DNA of 64,000 bases, from NCBI GenBank assembly GCA_963666735.1, contig OY762926.1, forward strand, positions 1,568,001-1,632,000. Reading direction: 5' to 3'. The translations under genes and the position numbers were made by a program. This DNA comes from Gemmatimonadota bacterium. Its GTDB lineage: Bacteria; Gemmatimonadota; Gemmatimonadetes; Palauibacterales; Palauibacteraceae. A model generated the notes under the pieces. It was not told the DNA's origin. It ran no database searches and worked only from the letters and a program-made list of their open reading frames with translations. Positions 51,934 to 60,506 of the stretch are shown piece by piece (within the stretch, counting starts at the first letter, position 1; the number at the start of each line of letters is the position of its first letter).

Positions 51934-52003
51934 CGTTCCCGCGGGAACGTTTCGTTCGGCCAGTCAGCCAACTGGCGGGTTCGGACGTTCCCGCGGGAAC
52001 GTC
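51934..52003. repeat. Two further copies of the CGTTCCCGCGGGAACG palindrome
   Basis: 16 bp at 51934-51949 and 20 bp GACGTTCCCGCGGGAACGTC at 51984-52003. Confidence 0.75.
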
Positions 52004-52037
52004 TTCGGGCCCCCGTCAGGCCCGCGTCAGGCTCCCG

Positions 52038-53672
52038 TCAGTTGATGCGCTTCTCGCGGCCGGTCCACTCGCGGTCGCGGAGGATGTACTTCTGGACCTT
52101 GCCGGTGGAGGTCTTGGGGAGGGGGCCGAACTCGATCGCGTCGGGGCACTTGAAGTGGGCGATCCGGTCGCGGCAGAAATCGATGATCTCCCGCTCCTTG
52201 GCGTCGGCTTCCGGCTTCAGCGTGACGAACGCCTTGGGCCGTTCGCCCCACGCGTCGTGGGGGATGGCGATGACGGCGCATTCGAGCACGGCGGGGTGTC
52301 GTGCGACGGTCTGCTCGACCTCGATCGTGGAGATGTTCTCGCCGCCCGAGATGATGATGTCCTTGGCGCGGTCCCGAAGTTCGACGTAGCCATCGGGGTG
52401 CCACACGGCGAGGTCCCCGGAGTGGAACCAGCCCCCGCGGAAGGCTTCGTCCGTCGCCTCGGGCTGCGCGAAGTAGCCCTTCATGACGATGTTCCCACGC
52501 ATCACGACCTCGCCCATGGTCGCGGCGTCCCGCGGGACGTCCCTGCCCTCCCCGTCGACGACGCGCATGAGGTCGGCGCCGACGAAGGACTGGCCCTGAC
52601 GGGCGAGGAGCCGGGCCTGGTCCTCGGGCGGCCGGTCCTCCCAGTCCGCGTGCCGGGCGCAGGTGGCCGTGGGGCCGTACGTCTCGGTGAGCCCGTAGGC
52701 GTGGACGGGTTCGAAGTTCAACGCTTGCATTTGCTCGAGTAGCGTCGGCGAGGGGGGCGCTCCCGCGATCATCGTCCTAACCGGGTGCTCCAGGCGATGG
52801 GCGGCGGGATCGTTGACGAGCATGATCTGCACGGTCGGCGCCCCGCAGTAGTGGGTGACGCCCTCGGATTCGATCAACTCCCAGATGCGGCCGGGGTCGA
52901 CATCTCTCAGGCACACGTGAGTGCCCGCGATCGCGGTCACCGCCCAGGTAAAGCACCATCCGTTGCAGTGGAACATGGGGAGGGTCCAGAGATAGACGGC
53001 GCCTGGCGCCATCTTCATCTCGATGAGTTCGCCGATCGCGTTCAGGTACGCGCCGCGATGGGTGTACACGACGCCCTTGGGCCGGCCCGTCGTCCCCGAC
53101 GTGTAGTTCATCGAGATCGGGTCTTCTTCGTCTCCGGGGCCGGTCGCGAGGGGGGGCGGCTCTCCGGAACCGGAAGCCGAGCCGTCAGCCGAGTCGACGG
53201 CTGAGTCCTCGGCAGACGCGAGAAACGTCTCGTAGGGATCGTCGGGGGCGCCGGTATCGTCGATCCGCACCACCGACACGCCGTCGGCGCGGAGGGTGTC
53301 CCCGTCGATCAGGCCTTCGAGCGCCCGGTCGACGAACAGGTAGCGCGCGCCGCTGTGCTCGAGGATGTACGCGATCTCGGCCGCGGCCAGCCGCGTGTTG
53401 ATGGCGACCAGAACCGCGCCCGCCGCCGGCACGCCATAATGCGCCTCCAGGAGCGGCGGCGTGTTCGGCGACAGGAAGGCCACCCGGTCGCCGGGCTCCA
53501 CGCCGGCCGCGAGGAGCCCCGCCGCCAGCCGCCGCACGCGAAGCTCGAACTCCGCGTAGGTGTAGCTGCGATCCCCGTGTACGACGGCGGTCCTGCCGGG
53601 GTACACGCAGGCGCTCCGCCGCAGGAATTCGAGCGGCGTGAGTTCGGTCCGGTACGGGCTCCTCTCACTCAC
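52038..53672 (-). CDS. Acyl-CoA synthetase (AMP-binding, medium/long-chain type)
   Basis: LTPLEFLRRS, NYTSGTTGRPKGV, LPMFHCNGW, YGLTET, GWFHSGDL, DIIISGGENIS, LPKTSTGKVQK; start uncertain (53672 or 53711). Confidence 0.93.
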   Translation of the reverse strand: MSERSPYRTELTPLEFLRRSACVYPGRTAVVHGDRSYTYAEFELRVRRLAAGLLAAGVEPGDRVAFLSPNTPPLLEAHYGVPAAGAVLVAINTRLAAAEIAYILEHSGARYLFVDRALEGLIDGDTLRADGVSVVRIDDTGAPDDPYETFLASAEDSAVDSADGSASGSGEPPPLATGPGDEEDPISMNYTSGTTGRPKGVVYTHRGAYLNAIGELIEMKMAPGAVYLWTLPMFHCNGWCFTWAVTAIAGTHVCLRDVDPGRIWELIESEGVTHYCGAPTVQIMLVNDPAAHRLEHPVRTMIAGAPPSPTLLEQMQALNFEPVHAYGLTETYGPTATCARHADWEDRPPEDQARLLARQGQSFVGADLMRVVDGEGRDVPRDAATMGEVVMRGNIVMKGYFAQPEATDEAFRGGWFHSGDLAVWHPDGYVELRDRAKDIIISGGENISTIEVEQTVARHPAVLECAVIAIPHDAWGERPKAFVTLKPEADAKEREIIDFCRDRIAHFKCPDAIEFGPLPKTSTGKVQKYILRDREWTGREKRIN

Positions 53673-53694
53673 CGGCGATCCCGCGGTGCTGCGC

Positions 53695-56337
53695 TCAGTC
53701 GCCGCCCGCACCGGCTTCGGACATCAGCCGCCGGTACACGCCGCGGGCTTCCTCGAACTGGCCGTAGACGTGGTCCTGCTCGGCCTGCGACCGCCAGCCC
53801 GGCCACTCCCGCGCCTGCCGCTCCAGTTCGTCGATCCAGTCGAGGCCGTACTGCGCCCCCGCCGCGTCCCGGATCGCCGCGCCGCCGACCGTGAGCCAGA
53901 CCGGATTCGTGAACCCCTGCGGGTAGGCCGCGTCGAGCGGGAATCGCTCCTCGGGTTCTCCCTCGGCCCGCAGATGGATCCAGCCGCTTCCGTCGATCTC
54001 GATGTCGCCCGAGAAGGAGGCCGACATCCGATCCTCCGAGAGTTCCAGATCGAGCACGTCTTCGCCGTCGCGCACGAGCCAGACCCGCGTCAGCGGCACG
54101 ATCGACCGCACGCGCGCCTCGACGCTCACGCTCGCGGCGACGGCCCCGAGATCCACCACGGAACCCGGGATCTCGCCGTTCACCGTGAGTTCGACGAGCG
54201 GCCCGTTGGTCACGAACGCAGCTGCGCCGCGCAGACCCTCGAACCAGCCGTCCGCCGTCAGGCGCCCGTCCGGCGTCCGCACGTACGTCCGCATCGCTCC
54301 CACGAGCGGGGTCGCCTGCAGGTTGCTGATCGAGTCCTCCCCGCCCGTCGCGCACACGCGCACGTCGTTGCTCCACAGCGCGTAGATCGGGAAGAAGCCG
54401 GCGCGCTCCGCCGACGACCACTCGAGCGCGTCGCTCGTCCCCAGCACGGCGTCGACCATGAACCCCTTGCCGCCCATGAGGCCCACGTCGAGCGGATCGA
54501 AGTCACCGAAGTAGGGGTGGACGTAGCCGGTCGTCGCGCCCTGGTCCTTCGCCTTCCGCATCATGTCCGTGTTCGACGGATAGAGGCTCTCGATCGCCGT
54601 CCCCTCGTATCCCGTCGTGAACGGCGAGATGAGGTGGTCGCGCATCCCGAACATGAACACGTGCCCGTAGAACGGCGGCCGGTACTCCTGCCCCACGACG
54701 ACGACCATCTCCTCCGTCGACACCGGGTGCGCCCCGCCCCCCGGCACGAAGAACTGGTGGTCGAGGATCCGGTTGTCCTTGTTCGCCACCTGCTCGTTCA
54801 CGATGTCCTGGTCCTCCGCCGCGGACATGAACATCAGGTTCTCGAGCGTGTTGTGGAGGTTCCCCGCGTAGTTCATGTGGACGTGCGTGGAGCCGTTGTG
54901 CCAGCCGTCCGCCGAGAGGTCCGCGAACCGGTGCAGGGTGACGGCCAGATCCACCGTCTCCCCGGCCTCGATCGCCACCTTCATGCGCTGCGGCTCGATC
55001 TCGAAGCCCTTCACGATGGTGAGGTCCGCTTCGCCCGGCGGGAGCGCGACCGTGAACGTGCCGTCCGTGTGGAAGGCGGGATAGCGCCCCCGCTGGCCGA
55101 TGCGCGCGTACTCGTCGGCCGGGGCATGATACTTCCCGTCCGGCCCCAGCAGCGTCACGCGCGCGGCCACCGGGTCCCGCCCGCTCGCGTCCGTGCGCAC
55201 CGTGACCGAGAGCATGCCCGCCGGCCCCGCGTACTCGCGCTCGCCGATCTCGATCCGCCGCCGCCCGCCGCCGTAGGTCTCGATCAACTCGAGCTGGGGG
55301 AGGCCGTCCTCGTTCGTGATGTAGGCGATCGTCTCCCCATCGGGGGACCAGCGCGGATGGAAGGCGTCGTGCTCGAAGAAGGTGAGCTTGTACGGTTCCC
55401 CGCCCTCGGTCGGCTGCACGTACAGGTTGTTGAACTGGTCCGCGGCGCCGGCCGTCGACGAGTAGACGAAGCGGCGACCGTCAAGCGACACGTCCGGCCG
55501 CGTACGATAGAGCGTCTGCTCCCGCAGCACCGTCCGCGCCGCCTGGATCCCGTCCGCGCGGGCCGGAACGCGGATCACGTTCCCCGAGCCCAGCGGGACG
55601 TCGCGGTTGGAGACGAGGAGGAGTTCCTCTCCGTTCGGCATCCAGGCGGGGGACAGGTGCATGTCCATCGGTCCGAAGTAGAGCCGATCGTTCCCGTAGC
55701 TGTTGTCACTGCTGACGGCGATCTCGGGTCCCGCCCAGTCGCCGTCCGCCACCGCCCGGATGTAGACGTTGAAGAAGCCGTTGGGCGCGCTCGACACGTA
55801 CGCGATGCGGCTCCCGTCCGGCGAGAACACCGGGTCCGCGTACACGAACCCGTCGTCCGTCAGCGCCCGCGTCTGGCCGCTCTCCGTGTCCAGCATCTCG
55901 AGCTGCGTCCGTTCGCCGCCGTAGTCCGCCGTGTACACGATCCAGCGGCCATCGGGGGAATAGGAGGGGGACGAGTGATACGTGCCCCCGCGCGTGAGTT
56001 CGGTGGCGTCGCCCGTCTCCACGTCCACCTCCCAGACGGATCCGGCCATCCCCACCGCAATCGATGCCCCGTCCGGCGACCACGCGGGGAACCAGGGCGT
56101 CGTGCCCGGCGCCGGCGGCAGGTAGTAGTTGTGCATGTAGTTGCCGCCGTGCCGCACGCCGGGATACCCGCCGAACGGGGGCGGCGGCTCTTCGGCGAGG
56201 ACGGGCGTGACGGGCCGGGCCGAAGCGGACTCGAGAAGCCCCGGCTCGCCGGAGGCGCCGGGCGCGTCTCCACCGGGCTCGCAGCCGAGCGTAAGGCCGA
56301 AGGAGAGAACGAAAAGGGGAGCGGGACCGATACGCAT
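53695..56337 (-). CDS. Lipoprotein with TolB-like PD40 propeller and CehA/McbA-type PHP metallohydrolase domain
   Basis: Lipobox TLGC; repeated PxWSPDG; W.NGSTHVHMNY, GQEYRPPFYGH, GYVHPY, ATGGED, AFVTNGP. Confidence 0.85.
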   Translation of the reverse strand: MRIGPAPLFVLSFGLTLGCEPGGDAPGASGEPGLLESASARPVTPVLAEEPPPPFGGYPGVRHGGNYMHNYYLPPAPGTTPWFPAWSPDGASIAVGMAGSVWEVDVETGDATELTRGGTYHSSPSYSPDGRWIVYTADYGGERTQLEMLDTESGQTRALTDDGFVYADPVFSPDGSRIAYVSSAPNGFFNVYIRAVADGDWAGPEIAVSSDNSYGNDRLYFGPMDMHLSPAWMPNGEELLLVSNRDVPLGSGNVIRVPARADGIQAARTVLREQTLYRTRPDVSLDGRRFVYSSTAGAADQFNNLYVQPTEGGEPYKLTFFEHDAFHPRWSPDGETIAYITNEDGLPQLELIETYGGGRRRIEIGEREYAGPAGMLSVTVRTDASGRDPVAARVTLLGPDGKYHAPADEYARIGQRGRYPAFHTDGTFTVALPPGEADLTIVKGFEIEPQRMKVAIEAGETVDLAVTLHRFADLSADGWHNGSTHVHMNYAGNLHNTLENLMFMSAAEDQDIVNEQVANKDNRILDHQFFVPGGGAHPVSTEEMVVVVGQEYRPPFYGHVFMFGMRDHLISPFTTGYEGTAIESLYPSNTDMMRKAKDQGATTGYVHPYFGDFDPLDVGLMGGKGFMVDAVLGTSDALEWSSAERAGFFPIYALWSNDVRVCATGGEDSISNLQATPLVGAMRTYVRTPDGRLTADGWFEGLRGAAAFVTNGPLVELTVNGEIPGSVVDLGAVAASVSVEARVRSIVPLTRVWLVRDGEDVLDLELSEDRMSASFSGDIEIDGSGWIHLRAEGEPEERFPLDAAYPQGFTNPVWLTVGGAAIRDAAGAQYGLDWIDELERQAREWPGWRSQAEQDHVYGQFEEARGVYRRLMSEAGAGGD

Positions 56338-56626
56338 GGCAACTCGCAGGGTCGAGGATCGGCGACAGGGGTTCCCAACTTGGTCAGCCCCTACCGGCCC
56401 GCGCAACGCGGCCCGCGCGCGGGTGTGGGCCGTCCGCGTCTAGGGTGGGATGAGCGCCGGCGCCTCGCCGCTGAACGCCAGCGGAACGGCGAAGGGCCGG
56501 CAGATCCTGTCGTTCGCTGCTTGCACGAGAAGGCGACTCCCGGAGGTCACAGGTCATCGTGACGGCTCCGGGAGCTGGACCCTCGCCGGACCCGAAAGGT
56601 CACGGCGAGGGGGCTTGTCCGCGGCG

Positions 56627-56947
56627 TCAGGCTCCAGGCGGGCGGTAGGCGACGCCCTTCGCGACGGCCTCGTCCACCGTCTCGGGGTCGATCAGCACCG
56701 TCACGGAGACGGTCAGGGCCCCCGCGGCGGCGATATTGAGCGAGAGCGTCGTGGCGGCAGTGGCGTCGGGAAGATCCGCGATCAGAAGGAGGTCGTCATC
56801 GCCGAAGGCGTAGTAGAAGCCTTCCAGTGTGCCGCCCGCGCTCTCCACTGTCTGGCGCAGCGCTTCCCGGCGGCCGGTGCCACCCTCGGCGATCAGACCC
56901 TTCAGACCCGATTGCGTGTAGCTCGTGCGGAACATGTACTTGGCCAT
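56627..56947 (-). CDS. GYD-domain protein
   Basis: MAKYM...SYT..G.KGL.......R......VE..GG.LE.FYYAFG.DD. Confidence 0.85.
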   Translation of the reverse strand: MAKYMFRTSYTQSGLKGLIAEGGTGRREALRQTVESAGGTLEGFYYAFGDDDLLLIADLPDATAATTLSLNIAAAGALTVSVTVLIDPETVDEAVAKGVAYRPPGA

Positions 56948-56998
56948 GATTCTCCGTGTTCTGGCTGGTGGTTTGTGGTTGGTTCGGGTACCCGCCGG

Positions 56999-59020
56999 TC
57001 AGCAGGTCAGGCAGTTGTTGTTGTTGTGAGAGCCGAGGCTCTCTAGAAGCGCAACGGTCTCCGGGAAGGGCGAGACGCGCTGCACGGGGCCGTTCGCCAT
57101 GTCGGCCGTCGTCTGGCCGCGGCGGCTGACGACCGTGACGTCCCCGCCCACCTCCACGAGATAGAGGATCATCTCGTTGTCGCCGCGCGAGGCGGCGTTA
57201 TGCAGCGCCGTGTAGCCGTTGTGGTCGCGGACGTTCACATCCGCGCCGAGTTCCTCGATGAGGTACTTCACGGCCGGCAGCCAGCCATCGGGCGTGTGGC
57301 GGTGCGCGTTGCCGGCGAACCCCTCGCCGTAGCCGACGCCGGAGGCCGCGTGGATGGGCATCACGCCCGGCCCGCCCGGGGGCACCGGGGGCAGCCCGGA
57401 GGCGTCCGGCGCGTTCGCCCGCGCCCGGTCCGCCGCCTCGGCGGCCTCGATCAGCTTGGACCGCACGTCCTCCGTGAGATTGTCGAGGTCCTTGTCGGGG
57501 AACTCTCCCCGCTCCTCCTCGGGCAACTGCTCCCGGATGTCCTGGAGCAGCTTGAGGCGCTCCTCCTGCGGGAGTTCGGCGTAGGAAGAGTCGCGCAGCG
57601 CGTTCAGCGCCTGCTGCCGCAGGAACTCGTCCGGAGAGAGACGCTGGCGCCGGGGGGGCGCCTTGGTCGGGATGTTCGGGTCGGCCCCGTACTCGACGAG
57701 GAGCTTCATCGCCTCGACGTCCGTCGCGTAGGCGGCGCGCCAGAAGGCGGTGGCGCCGTTGGTGTCGACGAGGCCGCAGTTCCGGTTGCCGCAGCCCGTG
57801 TACACCATGTACCACGGATGGCGCGTAATCCGATGGTCGGGGTCCGCGCCCGCGTCGAGCAGCGCGCGCGCCACCTCGAGGTAGTTGGCGCTCTGGAGCG
57901 GGCGCTCCTGCGGCTGCGGGAACCGTGTGCGCGGCTGCCATCGGGCGTTGAGGACCGCCCACAGCGGCGACACGCCGTTGAGTTCGGCGGCGATGTTCGG
58001 GTCCGCGCCCCGCTCGAGCAGCCGGAGCACCAAGTCGAACTGGCCGTTGATCGCGGCCATCACGAGCGGGCTCGTCCCGTCCGCCGCGCTCACCACGTCG
58101 ATGTCCGCGCCCCCGTCGAGGAGGGCCACGGCCGACTCCACATACCCCTGGCGGACCGCGTGCAGGAGCGGCGTCAGGCCGCCGATCTTCTCGACCGGCG
58201 GCAGGAAGAGACGGCTGAAGTCGCTCTCGTCCTCTTCTTCCTCCTCATCTTCCTCGGGGAGGCCGTCGGCGTAGATCTCGCGTCCCGCCCGCACGGCGGC
58301 CTGAAGCTCGCTCGGCGTCGGCGTGCGCGCCTCGTCCCCTTCTCCGACGAAGGCCTCGAGCACCTCCGTCTCACGCTGCCGGGCCAGGCGGTCCAGCTTC
58401 TCCTGCTCGATGATGTCGATGACGAGCGACGTGAGGTCGGGGTCCGCTCCGCCCTCCAGCAGCACCCGGATCGCGTCGGCCCGGTTGCCGGCGGCGGCGA
58501 ACACGAGGGGCGTCTGGCCCCACTCCGCCTCGACCGCATTGGGATCCGCGCCCGCGTCGAGCAGCACGCGGATCGCGTCGGGGTTCCCGGACGCGGCGGC
58601 GAGATGGAGCGGCGTGGCGTCGCCGTTCGCGGTCGCGGCCGTCGCGTCCGAACCTGCCCCGACCAGGCTGGCAAGGATCTCCGCCGAGCCCCGGCGCGCG
58701 GCGAGGTGGAGGGGTGTGTACTGCCCGATCCGCGTCACGGCCGCCACGTCGGCCCCGGCGTAGATGAGCATGTCCGCAAGTTCCGCGTCGCCCCTGTCGG
58801 CGGCCCAGTGGAGCGCCGTCATCCCGTCGCCCTGCGCGGCATTGACGTCCAGCCCCTGGCGCAGGAGTTCCCGCACCGTCTCGACTTCGCCGCGCATGGC
58901 GGCGTCGGCGACGGGCGAATCGGGTGGCGCGTCGGGCAGCGAGTAGGGCGGTGTCCCCGCCGAAACGAGGACAGCCGCGCATAGGACCGCGAACGCGTGC
59001 CGGAGCCTGCCCGCGCGCAC
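56999..59020 (-). CDS. Secreted ankyrin-repeat protein
   Basis: Multiple G.TALHWAA/TPLHLAA repeats; GTG 59020 just after the DUF1552 stop; signal-like N-terminus. Confidence 0.9.
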   Translation of the reverse strand: MRAGRLRHAFAVLCAAVLVSAGTPPYSLPDAPPDSPVADAAMRGEVETVRELLRQGLDVNAAQGDGMTALHWAADRGDAELADMLIYAGADVAAVTRIGQYTPLHLAARRGSAEILASLVGAGSDATAATANGDATPLHLAAASGNPDAIRVLLDAGADPNAVEAEWGQTPLVFAAAGNRADAIRVLLEGGADPDLTSLVIDIIEQEKLDRLARQRETEVLEAFVGEGDEARTPTPSELQAAVRAGREIYADGLPEEDEEEEEDESDFSRLFLPPVEKIGGLTPLLHAVRQGYVESAVALLDGGADIDVVSAADGTSPLVMAAINGQFDLVLRLLERGADPNIAAELNGVSPLWAVLNARWQPRTRFPQPQERPLQSANYLEVARALLDAGADPDHRITRHPWYMVYTGCGNRNCGLVDTNGATAFWRAAYATDVEAMKLLVEYGADPNIPTKAPPRRQRLSPDEFLRQQALNALRDSSYAELPQEERLKLLQDIREQLPEEERGEFPDKDLDNLTEDVRSKLIEAAEAADRARANAPDASGLPPVPPGGPGVMPIHAASGVGYGEGFAGNAHRHTPDGWLPAVKYLIEELGADVNVRDHNGYTALHNAASRGDNEMILYLVEVGGDVTVVSRRGQTTADMANGPVQRVSPFPETVALLESLGSHNNNNCLTC

Positions 59021-59022
59021 GA

Positions 59023-60459
59023 TCAGTTCCCCGCGTCCGTCGTGACTGGGTCGGCCTGGTTGAGCGACATCGGGCCGGTACTGTCGCCGAACTCGTGCAT
59101 GTCGTCCACGCCGAGTCCGTGCAGGACCGAGAGCATCGCGTTCGCCATCGGCGTTCCGTCCGGCGCCTTGATGTGCAGGTCGCCCTCGAGCATCCCGTTG
59201 CCGTGGCCGAGCATGAAGAGCGGCGCCCGCCGGTGGTTGTGCAGGTTCGCATCGGCCATCGGCGAACCCCACAGCACCACGCTCTGGTCGAGCAGGCTCG
59301 ACTCGCCGTGCATCGTGTTCTTGAGCTTGTCGATGAGGTACGGCAGCTGGCCCACGCGGAACTGGTTGATCCTGTTGAACTCCAGCACCGCTTCCTCCCG
59401 GTTCCCGTGGTGGGAGGCCGGGTGGAAGGGCCGGTCCGACTCGCTGTCCGGGAAGACCCGGTTCTGCGCGTCGCGCCCCGTCTTGAACGAGATCACGCGC
59501 GTCATGTCGGTCTCGAGCGCGAGCACCTGGATGTCGAACAGCATCTGCATGTGCTCGGTGAACGAATCGGGTACGCCCGCCGGCGCCTCCGGCAGGGCGC
59601 GTTCCTCGCCGCTCGAGTTCCGCCCCTCGACCATCTGAATCCGGCGCTCCAGTTCGCGGACGTTGGTCAGGTACTGGTCCATGCGGCGCGCATCCTCCGC
59701 GCCGAGAGTCCGCTGAACGGAGGAGATCTCGCCCGAGATCCAGTCGAGGATGCTGCGCCGCGTGGCCCGCCGCGCCGCCCGCTCCGCCTCGCTCCCGCCC
59801 GCGCCGAACAGAAGGTCGAAGGCGACCCGCGGATCGCGGATCATGGGCAGCGGTTCGGTCGGCGAGGCCCAACTCAGCGAATCGGTGTACGCGCACGAGT
59901 AGTTGTACGTGCAGCCGCCCGCCTGATCGAGGTTCTCAATGCAGAACTGCATCGACGGCATCGGCGTTTCCTGGCCGAAGCGCTGGGCATAGATCTGGTC
60001 CATCGAGGTTCCGCAGAAGATGTCGGACCCCTGCGTCTGCTTCGGGTGCGACTGCGTCAGGAACACGGCGCTCGAACGGAAGTGGTCCCCGCCGATCTCC
60101 GGCGGCGTGAACGCCTCGGCGTTCCGCACGTCCGTGTTGCTGATGATCGTCAGGTGCTCGCGGTACGGGCGCAGCGAGACGAGCGCGCTCTCATCGATGA
60201 TCTCGAAGTCGCGTCCCGTCTTCTCCGGCGCGAAGAGGAACTTCGTTGCGCCGTGCTCGCGGTTGCAGCCCGCGAGCCCATGCACTTCCTCGATCGCGAT
60301 GAAACGGGTTCCCGTCCCCTCGGTCAGGCCCTTCGCGCTGGTCGATCCCCACAGACGGCCCGCCGGAACCATCGAATCGAGCAACGGCAGGGCCAGAGTG
60401 GCCCCGACCCCTCGAATGAAGGTCCTGCGAGGCAGGTGCTGTCCGGTGATGAATTCCAT
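59023..60459 (-). CDS. DUF1552 domain protein (Tat-like signal)
   Basis: HLPRRTFIRGVGATLALPLLDSMVPA, SMDQI.A, SLSW...TEPLPM..DPR..FD.LFG, HPASHH, SLLD. Confidence 0.9.
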   Translation of the reverse strand: MEFITGQHLPRRTFIRGVGATLALPLLDSMVPAGRLWGSTSAKGLTEGTGTRFIAIEEVHGLAGCNREHGATKFLFAPEKTGRDFEIIDESALVSLRPYREHLTIISNTDVRNAEAFTPPEIGGDHFRSSAVFLTQSHPKQTQGSDIFCGTSMDQIYAQRFGQETPMPSMQFCIENLDQAGGCTYNYSCAYTDSLSWASPTEPLPMIRDPRVAFDLLFGAGGSEAERAARRATRRSILDWISGEISSVQRTLGAEDARRMDQYLTNVRELERRIQMVEGRNSSGEERALPEAPAGVPDSFTEHMQMLFDIQVLALETDMTRVISFKTGRDAQNRVFPDSESDRPFHPASHHGNREEAVLEFNRINQFRVGQLPYLIDKLKNTMHGESSLLDQSVVLWGSPMADANLHNHRRAPLFMLGHGNGMLEGDLHIKAPDGTPMANAMLSVLHGLGVDDMHEFGDSTGPMSLNQADPVTTDAGN

Positions 60460-60506
60460 GTTCTCCCTCTCGGAACGTCGGACCGTCGCCCGGCCGTGCG
60501 GGCCGT

